A stretch of 64,000 nt of DNA from contig OZ024751.1 of NCBI GenBank assembly GCA_964016885.1, forward strand, positions 6,510,001-6,574,000, in the 5' to 3' direction. The first letter of the stretch is position 1. The number at the start of each line of letters is the position of its first letter. This stretch comes from Eledone cirrhosa (lineage: Eukaryota). The position numbers and the translations under genes are program-made. Under the pieces are notes generated by a model, which was not told where the DNA came from, made no database searches, and worked only from the letters and a program-made list of their open reading frames with translations. This document shows, one piece after another, positions 1-14,309 of the stretch.

Positions 1-29
1 TCTCAGGGCCTTGTTCATGACAAGTCGCA

Positions 30-230
30 GGTAGGAGGCTGAATTAAGTGCAAGAAATGCAAAAGCTGATGCAGATAGCTGGATAACATCCATGAGCTTG
101 GCTGGTCACGCTTTGGGATCCAGCTGGATCAGTTAGATATGTTTTCTTCTGACAAACTCGCTGGAAGGAGTGTTTGAGAAGGACTCTGCCCCCACGACCT
201 TCTCAGAAATAAGTTGGTGAAGAAGAAGAT
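30..230 (+). mobile_element. RTE-clade (Expander/Rex3-like) LINE 3' fragment, internally deleted
   Basis: Matches 7843-7887 joined directly to 8252-8396. Ends in the same cccacgacc..ctcagaaataag..gtgaagaagaag 3' tail. Confidence 0.7.
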
Positions 231-326
231 ATTGTCAATTTACTTTTCAATTTACATATCATATCTGTAAGCATATATATTTGCGTATAAAACCAATACG
301 CACACTACATATGCTAGCATAAAACC

Positions 327-378
327 GCCTGAGGGCGGTTTTTCTGCTAGTTAACTAGCAGAAAAACCGCCCTCAGGC
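327..378. repeat. Perfect 52-bp palindrome built from a CTAG-terminated GC-rich hairpin (Helitron-end-like)
   Basis: gcctgagggcggtttttctgctagtt|aactagcagaaaaaccgccctcaggc is self-complementary. A related single hairpin lies at ~8464-8500. Confidence 0.75.
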
Positions 379-722
379 TGTAAAACAGCCTCCTTGCGCT
401 ATAACTAAGGTTCCACAGTCACATAAAAATAACAATCGTGTCACAAATAGACGCTCTATATATTTATACGCGTTGTTGATACTGTGGTTGTCGTTTCTTA
501 ACTCCAGATCATCTCGGATCTATAGGAACTATGATCAATGTTCGATCCCGTGTCATTCTCTTTCAAAGATAAAGAATCTAGAAATACACAGCAGCTTCGT
601 TAATTTGTTTAACCGTTTATCATTTAAACCGGTTATATCCGGCGCGAATTCTCTCACATCTTTTTGTTCACATCAACTGTAACCGATCACTCATTCCAAT
701 GTTAAAGTATGGTTCTCAAATA

Positions 723-820
723 AATAATTGTTTCTACTTTTGGTTCAGGCCAGCAATTATCCGAGTGCATTACCGAAGTATTGTGTCTGGCGCTCTACCG
801 ATACTGTTAATCTACGCCTC
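723..820 (-). mobile_element. tRNA-derived SINE family A, internally deleted copy
   Basis: Has the family tail (aattgtttctacttttgg..aggccagcaatta) and head (ctctaccgatactg) with the middle missing. Confidence 0.6.
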
Positions 821-1431
821 AAAATAAATAATACCAAAATCGCATAGATTCGATATTATGTGATAGTATGACGAAAGATAAATGCTTTAATGTGAAAATA
901 CAATAGTAAATATAGAGTAATGTAGATGCTAAATGGTTAAAGATACTGTTCTATGATATGAGGGTGGTATGGTGGTTGTTTTTAAAACGTCGGGTGGTCA
1001 TACAGAGTCTTCTTCGGTGGCACATGTTTACAACGTTAAATTACAGAAGATCCGAGGGAATATATTTTTACGATTTAAGAGAAAAGGCGTAATATTTTTG
1101 GCGCAATATAATCGTATATAAACTGCTATCTAGATCAATATGTCAAAGGCGGGTCTTAATGTACACAATGAACCAGAATATAAATGCAAGCACCCATAAA
1201 TTAATGGGGCGTTCTCGTGGCTATTTAATCCTGGCGGATTATATATATATATATATACATCAAGATGGAATCTGTTAGACCAGTACTCAAAGGAATGCTC
1301 GATACTTGGGGTAGTAGAGTATATTATAAAGAGTCGGGATCCGTCGGTTGAGCACTTGTCATTGGAACAGCTAATTCCAGAGTCTAGGTGTTGAAACATC
1401 AAGAACTTAGCCATCGGGGGCAGGGAGCTTT

Positions 1432-1560
<129 letters not shown>

Positions 1561-1636
1561 CATATATGTTACGCCGTAGCCTTATATTTCTGTTTCAATT
1601 TCAAACTTCACTCGATGCTTTCTAAACATACTACCA

Positions 1637-1669
<33 letters not shown>

Positions 1670-2769
1670 TGTGTGTGTGTGTATATATGTGTGTGTATAT
1701 ATATATATGTATATATATGTGTGGTGTGTGTGTGTGTTTGGAGAAAATATAATTGGCGGAACGTGCATACCATTTCATATGTGTGTCCACCTGCACGAAT
1801 GAAATGCCAGTTTATAATAAATAAGCTCTCTTGCAATAGATTGAACACTGTCTTTCTTGATATTTCATCTACGGATTTATACACACGGACATATATATAC
1901 ATATATGTGTGCGTATCTTATACATGTGATTATATATCCAAATAAACATGCACTTTATTTTAAACTAGTTACATTTTCTGTCGTCAGAAACTAGGCTACT
2001 ATTTAACTGGATCTATATATTTTACACAGAAACATTTTTTCAAAATGAATTCATTTATAAATATTTATCTATTGATTTCATGCGAGTGTCAGAGTGTCTT
2101 CACTTGTTATAAATTCTATATTCCAGCTGTCTGTTACAGTGCTAAGAGATCTTTATACGAATCGGATATAAATAATTAATGAAATACGTCTGGAAATATA
2201 CATCTATATGTATTGTATAAAATTTTCTTTAATAAATATTTACATCATATATGACGTCCACAAAAAAAAAAAAAAAAAATTCAAAATAATAAAAATAAAA
2301 ACCATGGCAGTAATTTATTTCTATTCATTTTGTTGTTGTTTATGTGGTTTGTATTATTATGTTGCAGTCATTGCTGGTCATTGGTGCACGTGATCAAATA
2401 TTTCATAGCTATGTACAGTCATAAATTTCACTTTTTCATGACGAAATTGTTGTAGTTTTCGGGTGATTTTTTTTTATTATTCCTTCACCTCAAACGTGAA
2501 CGTTGAAATATAATTACCGTTGGCTCGATTGAACCTCTTTTTCTGTTAAATTTAATTCATCTTTCACCCAGGTATTGTAATTTACACACTTCTACAATCT
2601 CATATATAACCCTCTTATATGTGAGACTACAAATGAAAAGGAAATCTTATCATATTCGTCCTAGGTACCATCTTCACTAGCATCAATTTGTCTATCCTCT
2701 CTTCTATTTGTTGTCACAGTCATAAAATCTAACATTTCCTCTCTAATTATTATCATTCTTGTTGATCGC

Positions 2770-3650
2770 TTAAGCCAATATATTTGAGCTATTGTTTGCT
2801 TGATTTCATAGTTTAAACCAATATATTTGAGCTGATGTATGTGATTCCAAGGTTTGTATCCCTATATTTAAGCCCCTGTCTATGATTCCATGGTTACCCC
2901 TACATGTGAGCTGCTGTCTGTGATTCCGTGGTTTATAACCCTATATTTGAAGCGCTGTGTGCGATTCCATGGTTTATATCCCCATATTTGAGCCGTTAAA
3001 TGTAATTCCATGGTTTACACTACTAAATCTGAGCCATTGTGTGTGATTCCATGGTTTATACTACTATATCTGGGCCATTGTGTGTGATTCCATGGTTCCG
3101 AGAATCGACAGTCGATCGACAAGATCCCGGAACTTATTCGCTAAACGAGTGGGGTGGCGCTCGTCAAATCAGACCGAGGAAACACTGTTTCCATTGGTCT
3201 TTCCTATTGCTAATACTATCTTCCGGTCGCAAATCCAGGCAAAAGGAACAACATGAAATAAAGTGCTTCGCTCAAGGACATAACGCACCGCCCGGTGCGG
3301 GAATCGAAATCACAACCTGATTTACAAATCCAATTCTATAACTACTCAGCCGCGCACCTCACGCGCCATGGTTTATACGCCTACATGTTGTCTATGATTC
3401 CGCGGTTTATATCCCTATATTTGGGTCATTGTGTGTAATTCCGTGGTTGATATTCCTATATTTGAGCCGGTGTCTGTGATTTCATTATTTATATCCCTAT
3501 ATTTGAATCGCTGTGTGTGATTCTATAGTTTATATCCTTATATTTGAACCGTTTTGGGTGGTCCCATGGTTTATATCCTTATATTTGAGCCGATGTGTCA
3601 TTCCATGTTTTATACTTCTATATTTGAAATGGAGTGTATGATTCCACTCA
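2770..3650. repeat. Degenerate minisatellite, ~40-41 bp unit, interrupted by a SINE
   Basis: Recurring tgtgtgattccatggtttatatccctatatttgagccg on both sides of 3098-3361. Confidence 0.85.
3098..3361 (-). mobile_element. tRNA-derived SINE family B
   Basis: Minus strand has a tRNA-like head (gaggtgcgcggctgagtagtta..ttcgattccc) then ttatgtccttgagcgaagcact. Homologous to 51772-51946. ccatggtt is present on both sides. Confidence 0.7.
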
Positions 3651-4061
3651 AATAAAACAATGTCGCTGAAGCAGTTCACGAGAGTTACAATTATGAAATG
3701 GGCAATATATTTTATGATTAATAAAAGTGGTGTGCGACATCAATAAAATTTAAGTCTTATCTATGTCATGGTTATGGCTGGAAATCGAAACCTTAGGCCG
3801 GGTTCAATTTCCTATATTCTATGTCGTTTACTATAATAAATTGAAATGATATTTTTTCATAATGGTATTGATGATCTTTGCATGGTCAATTTATGATTAT
3901 CTTCTTTATGATGATAGTGATGACTATAATGTAAATCATAAGGGGTGTTGGGAGGCAAGGTTGGGTTTGTTGATTATGAATATTATAAAAATAATAGCAA
4001 TAAGAATCACCATTATCATCACACACCGTTACTTAATTCCCCTTCATTATCTTAATCCCTT

Positions 4062-4248
4062 GGTGGATTGGCAGTATCGGTAGAGGGTCGGACGCCATGC
4101 TTTGACGCATAGAGTTACGGCCTTTGCCATTCTGAGTTCAAATCTCGCCGAGGTTAACTTTGCCTTTCATCCTTACGGGGTCGATAAAATAAAGTACCAG
4201 TAATGTACTGGATAATTGCTGGCCTTGTGCCAAAAGTAGAAACAATTA
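4062..4248 (+). mobile_element. tRNA-derived SINE family A (Meta-domain type), full length with TSD
   Basis: A-box-like tggcagtatcgg, B-box gagttcaaatc, central gcctttcatccttacggggtcgataaaataaagtacc. 16-bp TSD attatcttaatccctt at 4046-4061 and 4245-4260. Confidence 0.85.
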
Positions 4249-5644
4249 TCTTAATCCCTTCATTTTCATGTGGTAAGATGAAAGAGGTTCTATGCACATT
4301 ACAATACTCGGTTCATCAGGTGTGTAAAACGTTTTTTCTAATATTGTATATATATATATATACATATATATGTAAATACATTATATGTGTGCGTAGATCA
4401 ACCAACAGCGTCACTTATGATCTGGGCAGCCATTGCTTGTTGATATATAGAATGAAAATCATGTATGTATATATGTTCAACTCCTAATCTATAATGTTTG
4501 CAATGAAAATATTACAGAAATCAAGAAGCTCATATAATAATAGAATGAAAAGTATAAAATATGAAACAGATATCAAATACGAAAACGATATTAATTATCT
4601 TATAGAGAGCGCCTCTCTTTTCAGGTGTTAATTACGCTTTATTAATACACATAGTGACATGGAGTTGCTTAAGGCAGGCATCATTAAAGAAATCCATTTC
4701 ATGTTCAAAAGGTAACGAACTTAAATCTGATGCTGCACCCGTGTAGAGATTACTTCTATCGAAAACATCCAGTTAATTATATTTTTCTTAGAGGTTATGA
4801 ATACATTGTATGAAACATTAATGAGATTTCTTTTATATTGAACTCTTAACGTTAGATAATAAGCAAAAGAACGTTTGAAATTCTACGTTAATTAAAAAAC
4901 ATTGTTATCATTTTTTCTTCAAATATATTTCTTTCTAAATTTAACAAGCTCTGTAAAGAGTAAAGATCGTTTAGTTTATATATGTATGTTAGGCAATAAT
5001 ATGAATACATAAGTATGATATATATATATGAAATAATAAACTATACAGGTAATATGCGTTTGTTTATTTGAGCATGTGTACGCATGTTTGTGTGTGTATG
5101 TGTGTGTGCTTCTTTGAGTTTATGTGAGTGTTTCTGTGTTTCTGTGTGCGTGTGTGTTCGTTCTTTTCATGCTCACGTGTGTGTGTATGTGTGTGTGAGT
5201 GTTTGTGAGTTTCTGTGTCTCTGCGTCTGTGTGCGTGTGTTCGTGTATGCATGCGTGTATGTATGTAACTGTATAGTTACATGTTGACATCAACTGTATC
5301 TAATTCAAACATTATTGATAAACTTTCTCTTTGATATAATCTATTTAAATGCCGAAATAGGGACATTGTTATTAGGGGATTGTCACATATTTCAACGCTT
5401 AACATTGAACGTTGGTGAAATATCTGCATACATTGGAATCTAGACTCAGATTTAATACTACAGAATCTATAGCTGAAGTGGGTCATTATGGAACCAAATA
5501 TAATGGGTGCTTTGAAGTGAAGTAATATAAGAAAAATTATTTCGGTATTGGAATTTATTGTAGCGAATATACTATAATCATACAGATTGCAGTTTAGATA
5601 CATTCATAATACACACACGCACGCACGCACACATATATATAGTA

Positions 5645-5833
5645 ATAATTGTTTCTACTTTTGGCACAAGGCCAGCAATTACCCAGTACATTACTAATAC
5701 TTTATTTTATCGACCCCGTAAGGATGAAAGTCAAAGTTAACCTCGGCGGGATTTGAACTCAGACCGTAAAGTGACGTAACTATGCTGGAAAGCATGGCGT
5801 CCGACTCTCTACTGATACTGCCAATTCACCGCC
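5645..5833 (-). mobile_element. SINE family A, full length
   Basis: Reverse complement of the 4062-4248 family. tatatatagtaataat is duplicated on both sides. Confidence 0.85.
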
Positions 5834-5941
5834 CTTATATATAGTAATAATAATTGTCAAAACTAAAATCCAAAGAGGGCTCGATAAGGTTTATATAAAG
5901 AAAACCCATAGAGCAAATATATATTATTTGTACAGAACTGC

Positions 5942-5993
5942 AGTTTCAGAAGATCCCGTAAAAGGGTGAAAGCAGCGATTCCTTGGTTAAACT
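5942..5993 (+). ncRNA. Hammerhead-like motif with variant CAGAAGA core, in a PLE-type inverted fragment
   Basis: agttt-CAGAAGA-tCCC gtaaaa GGGt-GAAAGCA...t-aaact. Same family as 8873, 39809 and 40513. Confidence 0.5.
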
Positions 5994-6419
5994 TTAATCT
6001 GAACATATATATCTAAACTATAATAAAGTAAGGAGTGGCTGACTGCATCCAGAATAACATATTTTATCCCGTTTGTAAAATAAGTTCGATTACTTTCAAT
6101 AAATAATGAATGTATATTACATAATCTATGTACTAAATTTCGTAACTAAATTTCCTATTTATAAATAATTTAAAATTGACTTCTTTTCAAAGTTACACAT
6201 TTCTAGACTTCCAGTATGTCGTCGCCACCACCACCACTTCAACTACTATATATATATAAAAAGAGAGAGTTTGTGATAACAGAGATAGAGTGATTTTGAC
6301 TTTCTACACGCTTACGCGTATGATTGTGCACATACATACATCTATATGCATTAGTATATAACTATAATCGCGCAAACACACATTTATAAAATTACACCCT
6401 CACGGACATACATTGAGAT

Positions 6420-6960
6420 AAATACACATACTTTCACACAAACACACATTCACACATACATTAACACAAACACACACATACAGTCATGATAGCGTTCGGC
6501 GAATTGGGAACGGGAGGGTTAATCAAGTATAATGTTTTATTTATTTATTTAACTCATTGCTTTTTTAAACACATTTGTATAAAAATTTAATATAATGCTT
6601 ACCGAACGAAAGAACAAACAAATATAATATATATGCTGTAGCTTTCACCCTTACCTATGCATCCAGGATGTGGGAAGAAGCAAGAGTCACTAACTGTGAC
6701 ATCCCATTCACACAAATACATATACTTTCACACAAACACATACATATATTCACACAAACACACATTCACACATATACATTTACACAAATACACACACACA
6801 GTTATGATAGCGCTCGGTAAATTGGAAATGGGAGGGTAAAAGTACAACTTTTTATTTATTTATTAACAACACAGTTTAACTCTTTCTTTTTTTAAACTCA
6901 TTTGTATAAAAATTTAATATAATGATTACAGAACGAAAACACTAACAACTATAATATATA
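6420..6960. repeat. Local direct duplication (~300 bp spacing) including a second short CRE fragment
   Basis: 6420-6630 is similar to 6715-6960. 6635-6705 is similar to 7369-7442 and keeps the W-D-V-T codons on the minus strand. Confidence 0.75.
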
Positions 6961-7119
6961 CAAAGGAAAGGGAAAGGAAAAAAAGAAAGAGAAAAATACA
7001 CAAGCACGTAATACCCACATCTTCGACCCCATAGCACAATATGCCGGCGAAAGAATGAGAAAAAAGGAGACGCTACCAGAGCAAAAGATAGCAATATAGC
7101 GAAGAGCACTGGGAAACCA

Positions 7120-7570
7120 TTCTAATAATTTTTTGAGGCAGGCCAGAATGCTCGGGGCGTACCTGGGGTGATGGCGAAGCTGAGGTGCTGGAAAAGCCAA
7201 GTGCGCTCACGAGCATCACCAGTTACCTGTTTGGCGATCCGCCAGTGAAGATAAGAACATCGCCGCCAGTAGCCCGACTCCACCAAACGTCTCGAACGGC
7301 AAGAATGGATAATGCAGTTAGCTGACTGAACATGGTATTTTAGGATTTTGTTCTGTTCAGCTGCGGATGCTGCAGCTCTCGCCCTTACCACTGTATCCAG
7401 CATGTGGGAAGAAGCAAAAGAGTCACTAACTGTGACGGCCCAGGTAAGGCACCTGCCTCTTGACCAAGAGTACACAGTAAGACCGTCAAGTCTTTTCACA
7501 TCAATTCTGGACACCGCAGACAGTTCCAAAACTGAGGGGGTGTTTACCCGGGCCAAAGCTCTTGAGTGGT
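7120..7570 (-). mobile_element. CRE-clade non-LTR retrotransposon 3' fragment (restriction-like endonuclease domain), decayed
   Basis: Translation KRLDGLTVYSWSRGRCLTWAVTVSDSFASSH..AAASAAEQNKILKY..VETFG..VTGDARERTWLFQHLSFAI fits the RPDG/WDxT/AAxxAExxKxxKY/ETxG pattern of CRE RLE domains. Frameshifted. Confidence 0.8.
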
Positions 7571-7759
7571 AATAGGACAGTGTGTGTATGTGCATGCGCG
7601 AGTTTGTCGGTGTTCTTAAATTAGAGACACGTGTGTGTGTCACTGTTTTTAAGTTAGAGACATATATGTGTGTATCCCTTTCCTTCCTTTTACACACGCA
7701 TACATTCACAAACACACAAACACATTGTGAGATGGACGAGTGGAGGGAAATTCCTCAAA

Positions 7760-8396
7760 TTTATTTACATGTAAATGTAGTTCTACTGAGGCAGTTAGAG
7801 AAGTTCAAGTATCTTGGAGCCGTATTCATGTGTGATGGAACGCAGGAGGCTGAATTAAGTGCAAGAATTGCAAAAACTGATGCAGTAATGTGCTAACCTC
7901 AGCATTCAGCATTCAGAAGAAGGGGGTAGGTGTAAAAGCCAAACTCGCTGTCTTCCTGGTCATCCAGCCAACTCTTATTGAGGATCGTGAATTTTGAGTA
8001 ATGACCAAAAGAATACAATTGCAAATAAAATCGGCAGAAATGGGATTCCTCCGAAGGGTCTTTGGAGTAACATTACTCGATAAAGTGCAGAGACTAGAGA
8101 GTCACTCCTGGTAGAGCCTCTACTTCTCTGAATTAAGAGATCACAACTCCGATATTATGAGCATATGGCTAGAATGTCGCAGTAAAGAATCGTTGGACAC
8201 ATTTTACAGGCAAAACCAACCGTCAAGGGACCCAGAGGCAGATCCTGAGCAAGATAGTTGGATAACATCCATGAGGTTGGCTGGTCACGCTTTGGGATCC
8301 AGCTGCATCAGTAAGAGAAGTTTGCTTCTGACAGACTCACTGGAAGGAGTCTGTCCCCACGACCCTCTCAGAAATAAGTGGGTGAAGAAGAAGATA
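7760..8396 (+). mobile_element. RTE-clade (Expander/Rex3-like) LINE 3' end, decayed
   Basis: QLEKFKYLGAVF..EAELSARIAKTDAVM..AEMGFLRRVFGVTLLDKV..EPLLL..RSQLRYYEHMARM are post-RT motifs of RTE LINEs. Stops and frameshifts present. GAA-repeat tail. Confidence 0.85.
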
Positions 8397-8689
8397 TTGT
8401 CAATTTACTTTTCAATTTACATATATATATATTTGCCTATAATACCTATATGCACACTACATATGCTAGCAGAAAACCGGCCCAAGGGCAGTTTTTCTGC
8501 TCGTTTATTTAATTAAAGCTAAATAGTGGGCCTTGTGACGCTGTAGTTTCGCCAGTTTATCAGAGGGTCAGGTGATACTCCAGAATAACAAGATTCGATA
8601 TTTAGCCTTCATAAAATGTATATTAAAATTCTACTTCGGTAGTGAGTACTCTTTTGTCTGTGGCCAACCACATATGGATATATATATAT

Positions 8690-9102
<413 letters not shown>

Positions 9103-9178
9103 TGTGTAACAATATGTTGAAAGAAATGCATACATATATGTGCGTGTGAATATTTATAAATATAAGTCGAATGTAAGA

Positions 9179-9256
<78 letters not shown>

Positions 9257-9349
9257 CTCTTTTCCAAACATCCAGCTATATTCAAAATATTTATGTATAT
9301 ATTAAACAATTGTTGCTAATTACATATTATTTAGAATTTTCACTTGTCG

Positions 9350-9680
9350 TTCTTATCATCATCTTCATCAACACCATCAAGAAAATGATGATGATGATCA
9401 TCATCATCAACAAAATCATCATCATAATCAACATCAACACCATCAACATTATCATCGCAATCATCATCAACATCAAGAACAACATCATCAATATAATCAT
9501 TATTATCACCATCACCATCAACAAAATCAGCATCATTATCATCAACATCATCATTGTCCCCAACAGCAGCAGCATCATCACGATCACCCTCATCAAAATC
9601 ATCACCATCATCATCAACAACAACAACAACATCAATATTATCACCATCATCATTACCATCACCATCATCATCATCATCAT
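9350..9680. repeat. (ATC/AAC)n trinucleotide low-complexity tract
   Basis: Read directly from the sequence. Confidence 0.95.
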
Positions 9681-9937
9681 GCTAATTGGAAGCTGTGAGC
9701 AGGAATCGGAAGTGTTTGATAGTAGGTTGGTTGCGAAATTTAATTTAAATTTAGAATTATTGAGCACATTCCTGTGAGGTGACAATATTATAAATAATAA
9801 CAGTTAATGAAATACACTATTTAACAATGCATTTTATTATATTTTAATTATTCCAAATTTTCACATTCATGAATTGAATAATGAAAATCATCTGATGTGT
9901 ACTGTTAAAGTTATTTACTTTAAAACTTGTTCACCAG

Positions 9938-10090
9938 CGTGAACATAACGTGAACATAGCGTGAACATAGCGTGAACACGGTGTGAATATAGTGTTAACA
10001 TAGTGTGAACATTGTGTTAGTATAGTGTTAACATAGTGTGAACATAGTGTTGAACATAGTGTTAACATAGTGTTGACGTATTGTTAAACA
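9938..10090. repeat. 11-bp tandem repeat (gtgaacatagt)
   Basis: Roughly a dozen degenerate copies. Confidence 0.85.
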
Positions 10091-10274
10091 CACTTCAGAC
10101 GTTTATTTGAACCAGTACCCATTTCTAAGTTCATTTTGTCACTCGAGGTCCGCTAGAAGAGCTGATACAGAAGTGTGTGTGACAGATTTCACATTTTTTT
10201 TAGCCCCAAAATAATTGACACTTATTGCAAAGTATTCTAAAATCCACTAGCTATATTTATATATGTAACATGTA

Positions 10275-10442
10275 TATGTCATACAACATGTAAGCCAGTA
10301 CAACCTGTGCATGATGGGGTCGTCAAAACCAGCTACCCCAGCAAGATTGCTTGGTGAGGAGGGTGAATTTGGACACACGGCTGCATGAAAACGAAAACCC
10401 GTCAAAGGGAGGATGAAGCCAGAAGAGTTAACGGCCATCCAA
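10275..10442 (+). mobile_element. Dispersed short non-coding repeat (SINE-like or LINE 5'UTR-like)
   Basis: Colinear similarity to 25060-25225 (aacatgtaa.ccagtacaacctgt...aaaacc.g.caaaggg.gga.gaa...aagagt.aac.gccatccaa). Confidence 0.6.
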
Positions 10443-11890
10443 TAAAGTCTTTTTTCAAATATTTATGGAGCGAGAGACACCTAGTCTTCATTAATACATC
10501 TCTCCAGGAGGTCACTCTGATATAAAACCTATGACTTCGTTTGCATCCGATGATGTAGAGCAGTTCATCTTTTGGGGCAAATGCATTCGATGTTCAGAGA
10601 GTGGTATTGGCCCCGTGCAAAACCCTCCCTCACTCAAAAAAAGATTCAAGCACGGGCATCGCTTGATATGCGACATTTTTTGTGTTGCTTGGTATTGTTA
10701 GCAATAGGAAAGTCCCCAGCAGGACGAAAAGACGCCCGTGATGCTCATGCTTAAGTATCAAATGATGGTATTCCTCGAAATCGAGTTGCAGCCATCATAT
10801 GTAACCGACGACATAGTTATACCATGAAGATTTACCACTTCAGGTCCGTTAGAAGAGGTAATGCAGAAGAGTTTGTGAAGAGGAAACTCCAGTGGTTATA
10901 CAGTCGTGGAGACAGCGCTGTGTAAGCATTTGCAAGCACAATATTGGGTACAAGATGAGGTAGTTCTGATTACATTTTACATAACGAAACATGATTTTGA
11001 ACTCAATGCATGTAAAATATGAGAATAAAGAAAAACTTTTCCTAATAAATATTTTACTTAAACCAGCTTTATACTCAAGACCTACAGCGAATAAAACTAA
11101 ATGGCATTTATTTAAAAGCATCTTATGCCGTTTCTGCACTACGAAAGCGGGATCATATATAATCAAATATTTGACCTTAACATGTAGTGAATGGCATAAT
11201 GATTAATTGTATGAAGTAAATATTTAATCACTGTTATAGCACACCATTTATCATGTCATCAAACCTATTCAATATCGTGTAGGAAAAGTGAAGTTCATCA
11301 ATATTAAATATTCACAAATAATCCGTATCTGGCGTCCTTTTTTGCATTTTATTTATATCAAATATGTTCCCGACGTGTTTCTATCAACTCCAAATATATT
11401 AATATATTAACAACGTGTCAGACTGTACTATAGTACCAGTTACATTGCATTTTATAGAGCTTGATTGTCTTGCTGAAGAAAATCCAACAAATCAGTCAGG
11501 TATTTTATGCATGTGTAGAAAGAGGTATTCTATGCATGCGTATAGAGGAAGGTAAAACTTGAACATGACACTTAGAATCTTCGACAGGACTAGTGTCCGA
11601 AACGTTAGGGCTTGCTTCCTGCTATATCAGGCGTTAACCTAATATATCCCTTCTATATACTGTACCGATTGTGTTGTTTTTTTCTGTTTACCTTTTACAT
11701 ACATACATATATATTTTTATTTCAGTTTATTTTGATCATGCTTTTATATTTAATTTTATTTCATTCCTTGTATTTTGATCATGCTTTATTTTTATTTTTA
11801 TTTTTAATTTCATTCGCACCGTTTCCTTTCGCTATATATCTCTCCACCATTCCCCTAAACACCCTTTGAACTCTGTTCCCACACACTTCT

Positions 11891-11924
11891 CACCTGAGGA
11901 AGGGCTTATGCCCGAAACGTCGTT
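11891..11924 (+). ncRNA. Minimal type I hammerhead motif (PLE pLTR type)
   Basis: CTGAGGA-aGGGC ttat GCCC-GAAAC-GTC. Stem I is weak. A degenerate related motif lies at ~11578-11610. Confidence 0.65.
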
Positions 11925-12029
11925 CCCCACCACCACCCCACTCTCCAGAGCGTGAAATTAATAAACATTCGTTGTACTGCCTCTCTGTTTTGTTCCTGTT
12001 CAAATTTTTCCATTACATATATATATATA

Positions 12030-12660
12030 TATATATTTCGTTTCGGAATTTGTTTAGCAAGATACTTTATCTGAAAACGTGTGTTGAAACCGATATTGTT
12101 ATACTTTGTGAGGGTCATGTTGCCAATATGAAACACACGCACCAGTAGCTTTCACTTCAATTTGTTATAATTTAAATTTATAAATTTCCGGTTGGTTGGT
12201 TGGTTCCACAACCAGACGATTGTTCATATATTGTCAAAGTTATTTCGTCACACATTATGTGACCTCTTCAGTGACTGGGGATTCTTTTCTTTGTTTTTGT
12301 GCCTCTCCTTTGTTCTGTCATACGCCATCTTGTTTTTGTGTGTGTTGTGTGCTTAGTTTGCGCATGTGTTACATCCGGGTGTCTGTGTGTGTTTATATTT
12401 GTTTATTTATTTGTTTATTTACATGTTACTGGTTGGTTGTTTGTTCTATGTGTGTGTGTGTTTTAATTTTGTCCTTAATTGTAAGTTGTGATGTTGCTGT
12501 TCCATTCATGTTTTCTATTTAATTTTGGTTGGAGTTCATTTATGTTTATTGCCTCTGTGATTTGTCTAAACATTGCGTCTTTTCTGTGTGTAGATTCTAT
12601 TTTATAGAAATAAAAATAGAATCTACACACAGAAAAGACGCAATGTTTAGACAAATCAAC
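12030..12660 (-). mobile_element. Naiad-like PLE 3' end/pLTR with HHR (12233-12275) and a short 5' inversion
   Basis: Minus strand encodes KIESTHRKDAMFRQITEAININELQPKLNRKHEWN (GIY-YIG C-terminus). HHR is gtca-CTGAAGA-gGTCACA taatg TGTGAC-GAAA..tgac. 12605-12658 is the inverted copy. Confidence 0.85.
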
Positions 12661-14170
12661 TTCCAGAATCACATATGGCAGAATGAGCATATATTGTTAT
12701 AATACGTACACTACGACTTTTTGTGTTTACATTCAGAATACCGTTGTGTGTCAATAGCGAGAGACGAATCTTTGAAGCTTGGAGTTGTTTGAATTAGAAT
12801 TCCGTCCCAGCTTTGATGAATTATAGAACCACACTCATGGCAAGGTGCAGCACTGGATATTGAACTCCCGCCGACCCAGGAGGAGTCACACCCGACTGTG
12901 AATGTATTGCACTCTTCGGGATTAATAATCTAAACGAAAACCACGTGGCGGAAATATAAATAACATGGCTCTCGTAGATAGATTTGGTTGTGAGTTGTCC
13001 CTTCTATATATATCTATATATCCTACAGAAACTTGCACTCACTATAATAAACCAGCCTATTATTATAACAATATATGCTCATTCTGCCATATGTGATTCT
13101 GAAAGCTGAGTTTCCTGTGTGCACTTTTATCTGTGTGTGACTGGATTGCCATCACGATTTGTATTTGCTGTGGTACAGTTCTATGCGGTGCGATACATTG
13201 GTTGAACGCCAACTTGGACATACAGTGAATTTCACCTGGCACGTTGGATTGAGTGACGGAATGTTTTCCATTTCCTCACATCTGTGCCGGCTGTATGTGT
13301 GCCATACATTTCTTTATCTTGTCGTACCTTCTTTTATTTTTTATTGTAGATTTTAGGTGTATATTCCAGACCGCCTATGGTGATAAATCCCCTGGCTATA
13401 AGTTTTGGAAAAATAGTGTTATCTCACTTGGAGTTCGGAACTGGAACATATCGATGTGGTTCGTAGGGTGCGGATATGATAAGGAGAATCGACCTATTAC
13501 AGGGCAATATATTTGGAGTATACCATCCCTCATATGGACTATCATACATGTAAGGATGCATTACTGCTAACCAACAATTCTTTTCACAGACTCATGCTTA
13601 CAAACTCTCTTGATCTGCCTGTACACCCCCCTTTGCACTGCTTGTGCTTTGATGCATCCATGCTTTACTTTGTCTTATATATATATATTTTTTTTTGGGG
13701 GGGGGCGGTCTTTTTGTTCATTAATTGTTTTGTATTATTGTATTTATCTCTTTTCTTATCCCTGTATTTTTGTACTTTTTTATTTCATTATTATTTTTTT
13801 GTTCATTTCTTATATTTTCTGATTGATTCTGATCATGCTGAGTAATACACTCACTCATCCCTTGCTACCCTCTCCCAACCTCTTTATCATCTATTGTACC
13901 ATCTACGTGATACATTTTTGGTGTAATTCTTAAATTTTTAAGACATTTAATGACATTATGTGCATCATGTATTATGTCTTTTTCCATATAGCGCTGGCCT
14001 CGGGACCCCCCTGCTGGTCATTTAACCTTGTTCTGATGACGCAGCTCGATGGAGCATGCAACCTCTAATATACTCATGTATATATGCTCTGAAGATACCT
14101 GCCATGTTGTATGGATGAAACACTGTTAGCTAATAAAACAATGTATTTCTAAACACTCATTGGTTATTCC
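12660..14170 (+). mobile_element. Highly decayed PLE-type element with 45-bp inverted repeats and an HHR at 14086-14130
   Basis: 12660-12704 and 13060-13104 are inverted. A YIG*T-like remnant lies near 13190-13210. HHR is gct-CTGAAGA-...-GAAAC act GTT-agc. Ends at (TA)n. Confidence 0.45.
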
Positions 14171-14172
14171 TA

Positions 14173-14230
<58 letters not shown>

Positions 14231-14309
14231 AGCAGTATATATATTGCTCGGGTATTAAATAGCAGTCTTGTGTATGTATGTATGCATATGTATGTGTAAA
14301 TATATCTGA

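Noticed and set aside
4062-4160. tRNA gene (A and B boxes)
   Set aside because: It is the head of a multicopy SINE with TSDs and has no cloverleaf.
9310-9785. Hydrophobic Ile-rich and Met-rich ORFs resembling membrane proteins
   Set aside because: They come from an (ATC)n trinucleotide tract that is open on both strands.
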